This document shows, in pieces, positions 9,507 through 19,436 of a DNA stretch of 64,000 bases. The notes beneath the pieces were generated by a model. The model worked only from the letters and a program-made list of their open reading frames with translations. It did not search any database and was not told the DNA's origin. The DNA is taken from the sequence record NZ_CP118109.1, one strand, 5' to 3'. Origin of the DNA: a plasmid. Position 1 is the stretch's first letter. Every line of letters starts with the position of its first letter. A program made the translations under genes and the position numbers.

Positions 9507-12500
9507 ATGGCCACAAGAGTATCGGACAAACTCTTTGAACTCGTCCTGCATAATAAAGGTCGTGGACCTAGAATCAGTACTTTTATTGATTTGATCGTCC
9601 TCGAAAGAATAGGTAGAAGCGCCAATAATATGTATTTGGTTAATACCATGAATGCAGGACCGAAACAAACACTTTTAGCTTATGAGATGAATGAGCATAA
9701 AAGCGGAACGATCTCTCCATTAGGTGAAGGGGTAAGCCGGGATGAAATCATGAACGTCTTTGTTCCAGAGAAAGACTTTTATGACTCATCGGAGCAAAAG
9801 ATTGATGATATCGTTAACACTCTTTATGTAGCAAAAGCTGCCAAGAATGATATCAAGAAGAAGGAAATGCGCATTTTAGAAAACAAGCAACGCGTTGAAT
9901 CAGGCATACAGCCACTAGGGCCACATCCTGAACTTATCTTAGCTTGGGATGGCGATATCTTCTCAGAAGTGTATCGAGTACTGAATGATCGATATAATAC
10001 GCCAATGCTTCCTGAATGGAAGGAAGAGATCGTGCAGGCTTGTTATGATCATGGTCTCCTGACTAACCTTGAAGTAAAGAGCTATGGTAAGGATTATGAT
10101 CTTGAAGCTGCTTTGCTTCGAATCACTGAAGAGAACCTGGAAGCCATTATTTCAGAAGGTATTCGGTCTTATTCCATGCCATTCGCTATTCTGGACGATG
10201 GTCCAACTGAAGAAGAATCTGTACTCAAGAACTGCACGACGTTGGATGTGTATCTCGAGAACTTTGCAGGAGAGCTTGGCCAGCGGATTCAGGAAAACTC
10301 TGTATTGCGCTTTGATCCTACAAAGGAAGAGCATCATCGTTCTTTATATCATGCGAATCTTCATGCAAACACCAAAGGTGTTACCGGATTGTTCCCGCCA
10401 CAAGCAGATGTCGTTATGGGCTGTGCTAATACGATCAAAGACGATGAGGATGACTACGTATTTGTCGTCGGTGAGATGGGATCTGGTAAATCACCAATGG
10501 GCGCCCTAATTCCTTATGTTACTCATGCTATTCGATCAGGCATGGAGAAACCTAAGCCTTATCGTGCACTCGTATTTGTGCCAGCAATAATGGTCGAAAA
10601 ATGGAAGCGGGAGATAGAGGAGCGTATTCCTGATGTGAAAGTATATCAAATCAATAACTGGCGGGATGTACATCGCTTAAGAAATATGCCGTATCGCCCG
10701 ACAGAGATCGAATACTATGTCATGAGTTCTGATGCAGCAAAGCAGACATATCCGATTGAACCGGTTATGGATTTCCGCAAAGGATATGTCAAAAATCATG
10801 ACTATGAAGAAGTCATTGCACAAAAGAGAGCGGGTAAGAAAATCCGCATTCGTATGACCAAAGAAAATTCCTTTAGAAATGGTGCAGCGATAACACGAAC
10901 TGCTATTGGCCCTGAAGCTATGTATTGTCCTCAATGCGGACAGCCGATTAAGAAGACGAAAGAGAAGTACTCTGATGAGCATTACTTCCAGCTTCGCCGC
11001 GGTAAAGACAAATGGGCTTGGAATCAAAACCGTGAAAACTACCGCTGTCGCAATAAAGTCTCAAAAGATGCTCTTCCTAAGCATCAGCGTCTTAAGGGCG
11101 ATTCTCCTGATCAAGAGTGCGGCTTTATTTTTTGGAGTGCTAAGAAGCTCCCTGCTCGCTCTCTCGAGAGAAAGGTATCTCCTGCATGGTATCTGAATAA
11201 ACATCTTCGTCGTGGATTCTTTGAATACTTGATCGCAGATGAGGTTCATGAATACAAGAGTGGAGACTCGGATCGTGCGAATGCCTTCGGTCAGTTGATC
11301 AATCATACAAATAAGCAGATTTTGCTGACAGGTACACTTCTCGGTGGTATGGCAAGAGATATCTTCTATCTTCTGGCTAGACTGGACGCGAAGAAGCTGA
11401 AATTGGAAGGTATTACGTATGATGATGAAAGCCGCTTCGTTGAGAACTATGGCGTATACGAACGTTCTATGACAGAGTTCACCGATGATCGTAAGGGCAA
11501 GAAGAGAAAGAAGCAGTTGCCTGGCGTTTCGCCACTTGTATTCCCGCGCTTCTTAATGAGTAACTGTGCCTTTATCGAGCTGGGTGACCTAGGCTATGCA
11601 CTGCCGCCGTATCGTGAGATTCCAATGTTCATCGAGATGGAAGACGAGCATCGCAGAATGTATGACGAGTTGGAAGAAAACATCATGGATGCGATGGGGC
11701 AAGGCGGGATGAAGCATCTTTCCTCGTATATCACAAAGCTCTATCAGTATGCAGATATGCCATTCAAACACGAGCCGATCACATATCTTGATGAGCATGA
11801 CAAGGTTAAGGAGCTATGTCAGCCGTATAATTTCCCTGAAGATTACACTCCAAGTAAATATTATGCGCTCCAGAGCCTTCTGGAGGAGCAGATCGAGGAA
11901 CGCGGCCGTAAAGTACTTGTCTATGGACGTTTTACTGGCGGAGATAATGGAGTCGATACGTGGCTGTATGAGCGGCTTAAACAGGATGGCTATAATGTTG
12001 GTATCCTACGTTCATCTGGAACCTATGATGGAATGAAGATGCCGAAGCAAGAGGATCGGGAAACCTGGCTGCGTAAGAATATGGAACGCTATGATTGGGA
12101 TGTTCTTGTAACCAACTCTCGTCTGGTCGCTGTTGGTCTTGATCTGCTTATGTTCCCTCATATTCATTTCTATCAAATGGATTACAGTGCTTATAACTAT
12201 ATGCAGGCTTCACGCCGATCTTGGCGGATTAAACAGACTGAGGAAGTTGAAGTTAGTACGTCGGTCTATCGCAATACAATCCAGGCAGATGTGCTAGAAA
12301 GCATTGCGAAGAAGATTGATGCGGCAATGGCTCTGCAAGGCAAGTTCTCTGAAGAGGGTCTTCGTGCAATGGCAGACTCTGGCGATGGCATCAATGCACT
12401 GGCTAAGAAGCTTATGAGTGAAGGAAGACTGGATAATATCAATTCCATTGAAGATCGATGGAAGCGAATCAATGCTTCCTATGAGCAGCTGCAGAACAGC

Positions 12501-12752
12501 TCCTATGAGGGTTATGACTCTTATGAAATGAATCCACTTGGTATTGATAAAGTGCGTGAGATTCAGAAAGGCCTTGTTAATAAGATGCGTATTGATGTGG
12601 CTTCCGGCAAGATTACTCAGAACGATCTAAACAGTTATATGGATCATATCGAAGAAATCTTCCGTGTCGTTGAGGATGTGCGTGAGTATAACAAAGGGCT
12701 TCGTAAGAACGATAGAATCGTGGAAGGACAAGGCGCTTTTGCCTTCTTTTAA
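9507..12752 (+). CDS. SF2 (DEAH/SNF2-like) helicase with internal Zn-ribbon insert
   Basis: GEMGSGKS P-loop, LIADEVHEYK motif II, LTGTLL motif III, QASRRSWR motif VI; CPQCG...CRNK insert. Confidence 0.75.
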   Translation: MATRVSDKLFELVLHNKGRGPRISTFIDLIVLERIGRSANNMYLVNTMNAGPKQTLLAYEMNEHKSGTISPLGEGVSRDEIMNVFVPEKDFYDSSEQKIDDIVNTLYVAKAAKNDIKKKEMRILENKQRVESGIQPLGPHPELILAWDGDIFSEVYRVLNDRYNTPMLPEWKEEIVQACYDHGLLTNLEVKSYGKDYDLEAALLRITEENLEAIISEGIRSYSMPFAILDDGPTEEESVLKNCTTLDVYLENFAGELGQRIQENSVLRFDPTKEEHHRSLYHANLHANTKGVTGLFPPQADVVMGCANTIKDDEDDYVFVVGEMGSGKSPMGALIPYVTHAIRSGMEKPKPYRALVFVPAIMVEKWKREIEERIPDVKVYQINNWRDVHRLRNMPYRPTEIEYYVMSSDAAKQTYPIEPVMDFRKGYVKNHDYEEVIAQKRAGKKIRIRMTKENSFRNGAAITRTAIGPEAMYCPQCGQPIKKTKEKYSDEHYFQLRRGKDKWAWNQNRENYRCRNKVSKDALPKHQRLKGDSPDQECGFIFWSAKKLPARSLERKVSPAWYLNKHLRRGFFEYLIADEVHEYKSGDSDRANAFGQLINHTNKQILLTGTLLGGMARDIFYLLARLDAKKLKLEGITYDDESRFVENYGVYERSMTEFTDDRKGKKRKKQLPGVSPLVFPRFLMSNCAFIELGDLGYALPPYREIPMFIEMEDEHRRMYDELEENIMDAMGQGGMKHLSSYITKLYQYADMPFKHEPITYLDEHDKVKELCQPYNFPEDYTPSKYYALQSLLEEQIEERGRKVLVYGRFTGGDNGVDTWLYERLKQDGYNVGILRSSGTYDGMKMPKQEDRETWLRKNMERYDWDVLVTNSRLVAVGLDLLMFPHIHFYQMDYSAYNYMQASRRSWRIKQTEEVEVSTSVYRNTIQADVLESIAKKIDAAMALQGKFSEEGLRAMADSGDGINALAKKLMSEGRLDNINSIEDRWKRINASYEQLQNSSYEGYDSYEMNPLGIDKVREIQKGLVNKMRIDVASGKITQNDLNSYMDHIEEIFRVVEDVREYNKGLRKNDRIVEGQGAFAFF

Positions 12753-12755
12753 TCT

Positions 12756-12914
12756 ATGGACCTAATGCAACATTATCTTGAAAAGAAATACTTGATCGGT
12801 GAAGCATGGATGTGCCGCCTTCGATGTTATGAATGCGGCAGGTCCTACCATTACTTTGAGTATATTAAAAAATATTGCTGTTTTTCATGCTATTCAAAAT
12901 ATGCTGCTGTATAG
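12756..12914 (+). CDS. Cys-rich micro-protein starting MDLMQHY (52 aa, 8 Cys)
   Basis: ORF below track cutoff immediately after the helicase stop; CxxC x3 pattern. Confidence 0.3.
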   Translation: MDLMQHYLEKKYLIGEAWMCRLRCYECGRSYHYFEYIKKYCCFSCYSKYAAV

Positions 12915-12940
12915 CTAGCAAGCAAAAGGAGAGATATTCT

Positions 12941-13414
12941 ATGTCGGCTGTAAAGATTCCAGAGGGAGCAATACGCTGCTCCGTTTACGAAGCATTTCGT
13001 GCAATGCGAGAAGAAGGAAAAACGATAGTCGCTGTATTGCAAGATGAAGACAATATTAACTACGCTGCTCACTGTTTCTATCCGTGGGAGATCGACAATG
13101 AACGAGGATACAGGTGCTCATTTTCTGAATTATCTGAGTACATTGAAAAAGGTAAATGGCATGTGCTTCAGGAGAAGAGCGCAGCTCCAGACGAGCGCAT
13201 CTATGATCAAGATTATATTAACGTTTATCTTGTCGGAGGCATTGTGGATGGTGTTTCGAAATTTGATACAGAGAAGGAGGCTATGGAAGACATTCGTGAG
13301 CGATATTCTCAAGATCCTTTTGATCCTGACGAAGATGATGCCACAGTATGGAAGCGAGAGCCCGATGGCTCCTATGAGGTCATCCATAATGAAGACGCGG
13401 TGGAGATAGCATAA
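12941..13414 (+). CDS. hypothetical acidic protein
   Basis: RBS aaaggagag; track ORF 12875 is over-extended. Confidence 0.55.
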   Translation: MSAVKIPEGAIRCSVYEAFRAMREEGKTIVAVLQDEDNINYAAHCFYPWEIDNERGYRCSFSELSEYIEKGKWHVLQEKSAAPDERIYDQDYINVYLVGGIVDGVSKFDTEKEAMEDIRERYSQDPFDPDEDDATVWKREPDGSYEVIHNEDAVEIA

Positions 13415-13416
13415 AT

Positions 13417-13551
13417 ATGGAAGCCGTTTTAGTAAAGAAATGTTTTCACTGCGATGATGAGATCTCCAGCAATAAACATAAAAACTTTTGCTCGGATTCT
13501 TGCAAATATTTGTATGCTGGCAATGAAGATGGGGAGGAGAGAGAGTGCTGA
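13417..13551 (+). CDS. small Cys-rich protein (44 aa)
   Basis: CFHCDD...CSDSC; below track cutoff. Confidence 0.3.
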   Translation: MEAVLVKKCFHCDDEISSNKHKNFCSDSCKYLYAGNEDGEEREC

Positions 13552-13778
13552 TGCAGATCAAGGCAAAAAGATGGATCAGAGAGAGATTTAAACCTTGGAT
13601 AAACAAGAATAAGGGGTCTGTGGAAATATGGTTTACAGCCAACAATAAAGCACACGCCCTTGCATTTGAGTGTGCCAAGCCTATATTTTGGTTTCCGAGG
13701 ATAGATAGGAGGCCAAGACTCATCCGATTCGGCTTTCTACTGTTTTCAATAATATATTACAAAAGAACAATCGAATAA
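13551..13778 (+). CDS. hypothetical basic protein
   Basis: RBS ggaggagag before ATG at 13551. Confidence 0.4.
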   Translation: MQIKAKRWIRERFKPWINKNKGSVEIWFTANNKAHALAFECAKPIFWFPRIDRRPRLIRFGFLLFSIIYYKRTIE

Positions 13779-13791
13779 GGGGGAATCTTGG

Positions 13792-14685
13792 ATGGCAAAA
13801 GCCAAGAAGCGCCAGGACCTGTATCAAATGGATCGTTTTCTTCCGGAGCAGCTCATAAAAGTGCAGTCTAGCATTCAAAGCTATGCTTCAGCGGTAAACG
13901 GTCTTCCAATGAATCATTCGGAGGTATTTGAGAAGAGGGGGTGGCTTTTGCCATTCCTATTCTCCTTCGATGATTTGCTTTGGGGTAGATGGAACTACTG
14001 GCATGAGATATTGCAGAAGAAAACGATCGAAGGCAGTGGGCCAATTCCTCAGATTGAATGGAAAGACCGAGGCAGAGAAGGTGTCGAAGAGACTCAAAAG
14101 ATGCTGCGCACTTGTCTCGATCATCACGAATCAACGATTGATCACTTTGCAGATTGGCTGATGTGGGGTCTAGCGGCTTCACCGGAAGACCAAAAGCTCA
14201 ATATATCACCAGAGCTGAATGAGCATTACTATAGAAAGTTTGATATTTTTTTAGTTCAAAATTATCCGACCGATTACTTGTCTCAGACGCTCTCAGAAGA
14301 AACTGGAAAAGGTTATAAGTCTGGATTGGGCTACTTCCCTACACCATTTAATATAACTTGCATGATGACCAAAATGACCATGGGTGGAGATCCCGAAGAG
14401 GAAAAGCGCCAGACTGTATACGATGGCTGTGTAGGCTGCGGAGCTACCATACTTCCAGCATCTAATCATACTCTTCGAATGTTCGCCCAAGATATCAGCC
14501 AGATTGCTGTTAAGCTCTGCAAGATTCAAATGTATTGGTATGCTCCATGGTATGCTTTCCATCCACAATGGCTTAAGGGCTTTGAGCAAAGCAAAACAAT
14601 TTCTCTTGTTCCTGCATCACCTGGTAAGAAGATTCTCGAAGGACAACTTGCATTTGATTTAGACTGGGCAACCACGCCCGTATAA
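13792..14685 (+). CDS. hypothetical protein
   Basis: RBS taagggggaa; 297 aa. Confidence 0.55.
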   Translation: MAKAKKRQDLYQMDRFLPEQLIKVQSSIQSYASAVNGLPMNHSEVFEKRGWLLPFLFSFDDLLWGRWNYWHEILQKKTIEGSGPIPQIEWKDRGREGVEETQKMLRTCLDHHESTIDHFADWLMWGLAASPEDQKLNISPELNEHYYRKFDIFLVQNYPTDYLSQTLSEETGKGYKSGLGYFPTPFNITCMMTKMTMGGDPEEEKRQTVYDGCVGCGATILPASNHTLRMFAQDISQIAVKLCKIQMYWYAPWYAFHPQWLKGFEQSKTISLVPASPGKKILEGQLAFDLDWATTPV

Positions 14686-14713
14686 AAAACTAACTTATTG
14701 GAGGAATTTTATT

Positions 14714-15019
14714 ATGCATAACCCTGAATTGGTAGTCCAAAAACTAGAAAAACAATCGGTGATTTCTCAAGATCAACTACAAAATCTAATTGATACATTT
14801 CCATATAACCAAAACGAAGGCTTTGTTCCATTTGCTGCTGCGTCTGATGACTTCTCTCTGTTTGGTTTTATGCGTAGTGAAATTGCAATGAGCGAGCGCG
14901 TTAACGAAGGCATGCTTTCAGCTTTTCAAGAAATGGTTCTACAAGAGGGAGCGAAACTTCCCGCAGGAGCCATTAAGCATATTTCTCCATTTGGCATTCT
15001 AACAAACATCATTGGGTGA
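14714..15019 (+). CDS. hypothetical protein
   Basis: RBS ttggaggaa. Confidence 0.5.
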   Translation: MHNPELVVQKLEKQSVISQDQLQNLIDTFPYNQNEGFVPFAAASDDFSLFGFMRSEIAMSERVNEGMLSAFQEMVLQEGAKLPAGAIKHISPFGILTNIIG

Positions 15020-15020
15020 C

Positions 15021-15049
15021 GGCCGTCTTACGACGGCGAGGGCTTTTTG
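15021..15049 (+). terminator. rho-independent terminator
   Basis: ggccgtc-ttac-gacggc then gagggcttttt. Confidence 0.65.
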
Positions 15050-15064
15050 GAAATGAGGTGCTTT

Positions 15065-15298
15065 ATGGATAAGAATTACTATTTCCGTTTTATATATAAA
15101 TCAAAGAATTATAGATGGGGGATCTACCTTCACACTCTTTCATATTGGAAGATAAAAAGAAAAGAGATAGATCCGATTCCTCTATTTCGATTGAATGTTG
15201 TTCGTCCTTATAAATATTCGGACGACTCCAATCAGTTTATCGCTATTGGCACCTATATATTTCCCTTTGTTATTCGTAAACTCAAAATGAAAAAATAG
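15065..15298 (+). CDS. hypothetical basic/aromatic small protein
   Basis: RBS gaggtg; low-complexity composition. Confidence 0.3.
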   Translation: MDKNYYFRFIYKSKNYRWGIYLHTLSYWKIKRKEIDPIPLFRLNVVRPYKYSDDSNQFIAIGTYIFPFVIRKLKMKK

Positions 15299-15311
15299 TG
15301 GAGGCGTAGAA

Positions 15312-16652
15312 ATGACTATGACACTTGAACATGATATTGATTTAGATAAGAAGGTTGACCTGCAGCTGGCTGATGATGCGAATAAGGTAAGAAAGATAAC
15401 AATTAAGACTGCTGAGCTATTAAAAGCAGTGAGACGAGCTGTATCCATTGTTAACCATAATCATTCAACTCTTGTATTGCAAAATATATTCTTTGCTACT
15501 ACAGATAACGGAATTATTTTACGAGCTGTAAACGACAGCTTTTCTGTAGAAACAACAATCGATCCGGCACATTGCGTGATTGAAGATGATCCGAGATCTG
15601 TTTTGTTTCCAGCTAAGCGTCTTTTAGATATTGTCAGTAAAATGAGCGGAAAGAATACGACGATCTTTATTCGGGATAATTTCATTCGAATCAAGTCAGG
15701 TCGAGCTAATATGGATATTGGAGTCCAGGATGCAGACGAGTTCCCAAAACTGCCTCAGATCAAGAAAGGAAACACTTTCGAAATCGCTGCTGATGCATTG
15801 CTTGATATGTACACTCGTACAGTATTTGCAACCTCTAAGCTTGAAAGCATGCCTGTTTTGCAGGGCGTACTACATGACATTGAAGATCAAAGATTCCGCT
15901 GTATTGCAACGGATCGTCATCGTTTTGCGCAGGTCTATCATCCGACAACTATTGAGTGTGAGCCAATGCGTGTCAGCGTTCCTGCAATAACAATCAATGA
16001 AGTTATGAAGCATCTGAAAGAAAAGAAGGCTGATACGATCAAGGTTACAGTCAAAGACACTCGTGTAGTATACGATATGAACGATACTGTCCTTTACTCC
16101 CAGGTATTAGAAGGCACATATCCGGATACAAATCGAATCATCCCTACTGGAGCTAAGGCTACTGTGACAGTTCCTAATTCAGAGTTCCTAGGCGCAGTGA
16201 AGCGGGCAGCTATCTTTTTGGATGATTCTAATTCTTCTAAAATAACAATCATGATTGATGGCGAAAAGAACCAGATGCGCATTCAATCACTGGATAGTGA
16301 TGAAGGCACAATGTTAGAAGATATGGTAACACTAAAAGGAGAGGGCGGGTTTGCTTCATCCACGATGAATGGTCGTTATCTGCTTGAGTCCCTAAGCAGG
16401 ATTGGTGGCACTGCTCATGTTGAGATTAAGATGACATCAACAATGCCTTTTCTCTTAAGAGAAGCTAATGCTCTTGAAGGTAATGTAAATGTCGTTGTGC
16501 CTGTTAAGCATAGACTTGATAGCTCGAAATCTATCGAAAACTTTACGTCAAATTATAACGAAGAAGAAGCTGATCCTTTTGCTGGTCGTGCAGAGGAATA
16601 CGCTGAGCAGCAAGCTTCTGAGGCTACTGAAAGCCAAGAAGGAGCAGCTTAA
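15312..16652 (+). CDS. dnaN: DNA polymerase III beta subunit (sliding clamp) with acidic C-terminal tail
   Basis: ATDRHRFA (ATDGHRLA motif), RYLLESL; RBS gtggaggcg. Confidence 0.8.
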   Translation: MTMTLEHDIDLDKKVDLQLADDANKVRKITIKTAELLKAVRRAVSIVNHNHSTLVLQNIFFATTDNGIILRAVNDSFSVETTIDPAHCVIEDDPRSVLFPAKRLLDIVSKMSGKNTTIFIRDNFIRIKSGRANMDIGVQDADEFPKLPQIKKGNTFEIAADALLDMYTRTVFATSKLESMPVLQGVLHDIEDQRFRCIATDRHRFAQVYHPTTIECEPMRVSVPAITINEVMKHLKEKKADTIKVTVKDTRVVYDMNDTVLYSQVLEGTYPDTNRIIPTGAKATVTVPNSEFLGAVKRAAIFLDDSNSSKITIMIDGEKNQMRIQSLDSDEGTMLEDMVTLKGEGGFASSTMNGRYLLESLSRIGGTAHVEIKMTSTMPFLLREANALEGNVNVVVPVKHRLDSSKSIENFTSNYNEEEADPFAGRAEEYAEQQASEATESQEGAA

Positions 16653-16674
16653 TCAATTTATCTTAAAATAACGC

Positions 16675-16702
16675 TTGATTTTAGCTTGTAACGTGTTATA
16701 AT
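16675..16702 (+). promoter_or_regulatory. sigma-A-type promoter TTGATT-16-TATAAT
   Basis: consensus-like hexamers; palindrome motif lies just downstream. Confidence 0.5.
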
Positions 16703-16705
16703 TCA

Positions 16706-16722
16706 AAATGTAATGCGTTACA
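16706..16722. promoter_or_regulatory. copy of recurrent palindrome AAATGTAATGCGTTACA
   Basis: direct read; embedded in a larger inverted repeat cttgtaacg...cgttacaag. Confidence 0.6.
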
Positions 16723-16750
16723 AGCTCATGCTAATAGGGGGCTAATAACG

Positions 16751-16969
16751 ATGACAGCAATGACAGTTGAAGATATGTATGCAATGAAACCAGTAGGCAG
16801 TGTGATTCCTTTCTTTAATTTCACCGGATATAAATCAGGTGATTCTGTGCAGGTGGCTGACGGCGCTTATGACTACGACAACAAGGTGTATGTCGTAGAA
16901 GGAAGCCGAATACAGCATATCTGGCATAATGAAGAGAATCAAATGGCATTTGAATTTGAAGGGATTTGA
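16751..16969 (+). CDS. hypothetical protein
   Basis: RBS aggggggct. Confidence 0.5.
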   Translation: MTAMTVEDMYAMKPVGSVIPFFNFTGYKSGDSVQVADGAYDYDNKVYVVEGSRIQHIWHNEENQMAFEFEGI

Positions 16970-16974
16970 AGTAC

Positions 16975-17208
16975 ATGAACTTCGACGTTCAGCGTTCAAT
17001 ATTTGCAACAAATGCATTCGCTTCAGAATTTCCGGAACAGCATACTCAGCTCTGGAAAGAGTTTGAAGAAAAGGTTCCACAGGTAAATCGGATTGGCTAT
17101 TATGGCGCAGATAATGTGGCTTATATAGGCTGGCTCCGTAGCACGAAGAATGCACTCTTTAATTCATTTTTGCAATCCAATATTGCAACAAAGCATTTTG
17201 ATGCATGA
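16975..17208 (+). CDS. hypothetical protein
   Basis: ATG with gaaggga RBS; track start 16966 is alternative. Confidence 0.45.
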   Translation: MNFDVQRSIFATNAFASEFPEQHTQLWKEFEEKVPQVNRIGYYGADNVAYIGWLRSTKNALFNSFLQSNIATKHFDA

Positions 17209-18790
17209 TATAAGAATGTGGTGGCGGAAGAGAGACGCTTAGGTCTAAGGCAGATACGACTCGGTGAGCCCCGGCGCAATTCTCAGAGAGGCGGACTAGA
17301 AACCGCGCTGTAGAAACGTAGAGCCGGATTAGGGCCGTGGGAACCTGTAAGGGGAAGTCAGTTAGGCTGCTACCCGTGATGATGAAATGCTGCTATGCAA
17401 GGGAGAATGGCCCTTGCCCACATTCTTGCTCTCATTCAGCGCACAAGAGTACTGTCCCCCCGGTCTTGAGGACAGCGGCTTGCAACTGAAACCGGTAAAG
17501 GAGCCGACCTTGTGCGTTGAATGAGGGTCTTTTATTCACCCTTTTTTTCCCCTCATCTAAGAACTATAAAGGGTAGGTTATCTGATTTAGCCGTAGGAAG
17601 TCTGGAGTTATTCGTTAGTAGGTTTGTAGGCGCTGCAGAGCCGATCACTGAGGACGGTAGCCTGGATGGACTATTCAAAAATCAGACGACAGTATGCAAA
17701 AACTGACGTTACACAACAGCCAGGACCGAACCTGCAAAAAAGGCGATGAAGAGAGGCAAAAGATGGGCCCTCCGCGACAACCTAGGGGTGTGATGAGGGT
17801 TGTCATGATCATACTGGATGTGAGTCTGCCATGATAGCTTAATTGGGAAAGCGCATGACTGAGAATCATGAGATGCGGTTCAATTCCGATGTGGTGGCAT
17901 TCTAGTATGATTCACTTATGTAGGCGCACTGATGATCTTGTCCGGTTCCGCAAGCCACGCTGATGCGGGTAGACTGGTCTTGTATCGAATCTGAGAGAGT
18001 AAATAGTGGATTAGAAACGGGCGGCTTAAATGACCGGCAACGCGTGGCTTGCCGGCATCATAAGCTGGAGTGTTTCGGCTCCGTTTGCATCCCTTGCTTT
18101 GCGACAGCAGTTAGTCACACGAAACGCAGAACCCTTAGTGACTTTCAGTGCGCTACATAGATTTGTCCGGAATAGCTTAACGGTAGAGCGCTCGTATAAA
18201 CCCATACGAGAGATCAGAGGTTCGATTCCCGTTTCCGGCTTCTGCATTTAGCATACAAGTAAAGACCGTAGATCAGCCAGAGACCTCTGTATTATTTACT
18301 TGAAAAGGTGCGTTGTGTACGAAACTTTTCAAGTAAACAATATAGGCAAGTAGCGAAAGCTATTATAAGTCCAATTGTTTTCTGGTGCATGGATGCTTAA
18401 ATGGGATCAGGTGCAACAAGTGCCAATGGCAGGGTAGAAGACTCGAATCGGTTGCTTTAAGTTTCCGTTTATCGGATCGGATGGATGCTTGAACAGTAAT
18501 GTTCTTGATCGTGAAAAACACCTTTCATCCTATATGCTTAAAGACCTGCAGCTTGTATGTTAAATGGAGAAAGTTTGTGGGGCGGATTAAGTCTCAATGG
18601 ATTGGACGAGGGCGAAGCTTACTATTAATTTCAGGTAGGATCTTCAGGCATCGAGCAGTTGGGTGTCTGAAGACTATCTTTAAATCCTATATGCCGAAAG
18701 GCCAAGGCTTAATGACCCTAACGAAAACTTTCCGAGACTCACAGGTGATCTGCAGTCGGGTAAGCGGTAAAGACCGGCGTACATAATATA
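17209..18790 (+). ncRNA. about 1.6 kb ORF-free, GC-elevated, structure-rich region: candidate large non-coding RNA(s) with tRNA-like fragments
   Basis: only short both-strand overlapping ORFs without RBS; many GC hairpins; internal intrinsic terminator at 17523; tRNA-like D-arm TAGCTTAACGGTAGAGCG and GGTTCGATTCC T-loop near 18170-18245. Confidence 0.5.
17523..17551 (+). terminator. intrinsic terminator inside the non-coding region (likely 3' end of a roughly 330-nt RNA)
   Basis: gggtg-cttttattc-caccc followed by TTTTTTT, nested in atgaggg/ccctcat stem. Confidence 0.55.
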
Positions 18791-18803
18791 AAGGAGGCTT
18801 CCT

Positions 18804-19109
18804 ATGAATATCCCTGAAATTAGGCTCCGTAATGGAAAATTAGCTACATATAAATCATCCAGGCAAACGCGGATTCCTGATATGGGTATTAACGAATTAA
18901 CGGAAGTCCATAGTTTTCGTATCCCTTGCCCAGTATGTGATTACAATGAAGATAATATTGCCGTTTCACAAGACGGCATTGTCTTTCTAAATAGCCAGAT
19001 TGTCTGCCGGTTCTGTGGAGTATTTTTCCGTCCGGTAATAGATCCTGCATTCATAAAAGAGCAGCGGCTTGTCCGCTCGACTATATCCCAAAATGAAGCC
19101 GCCAAATAA
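18804..19109 (+). CDS. Zn-ribbon protein
   Basis: strong RBS aaaggaggc; CPVCD...CRFCG. Confidence 0.55.
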   Translation: MNIPEIRLRNGKLATYKSSRQTRIPDMGINELTEVHSFRIPCPVCDYNEDNIAVSQDGIVFLNSQIVCRFCGVFFRPVIDPAFIKEQRLVRSTISQNEAAK

Positions 19110-19125
19110 GCCGGCTTTTTATTAT

Positions 19126-19374
19126 GTTGAAGGAGATGAATTAATGGATCTTTTTGATTTTGCCGATCAGCAGGAAGAAAAAGAGGAAGTTTACTTACCA
19201 GTAGAAGGAGATCGTGTTTTTATCCCCTCTATTGAGCAGAATGGAGTAGTAGATTATATAGATCAAAAGACTCTCTTTGTTGATGAATATTTTCCGAATC
19301 AAGTAATATTAGATGTTCCTTATGATTACTCAGCACTAATTCGCACTAATTTGAGAGATATTAAAAAAGAATAA
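19126..19374 (+). CDS. hypothetical acidic protein
   Basis: ATG after ggagatgaa; the track start at 19069 sits inside the upstream gene. Confidence 0.4.
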   Translation, partial: VEGDELMDLFDFADQQEEKEEVYLPVEGDRVFIPSIEQNGVVDYIDQKTLFVDEYFPNQVILDVPYDYSALIRTNLRDIKKE

Positions 19375-19436
19375 CTTGCCATTTTTGCAAAAAAGTTTTA
19401 TTCTAACTGTTGAGAATTGTCGAGGGGAGAATAGAA

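Noticed and set aside
17868-18245. Two tRNA-like T-loop sequences (GGTTCAATTCC at 17885, GGTTCGATTCC at 18219) that could be tRNA genes
   Set aside because: Manual folding gives a plausible D-arm and anticodon-type stem for the second. The T-stems pair at only 3 of 5 positions, the acceptor ends mismatch, and the anticodon loop would be 6 or 10 nt. I therefore treat them as tRNA-like fragments within a larger RNA rather than as tRNA genes.
18499-18786. 95-aa ORF at the end of the non-coding block
   Set aside because: No RBS, K/R/G-rich composition, and it lies in a hairpin-rich region. It is more likely part of the structured RNA.
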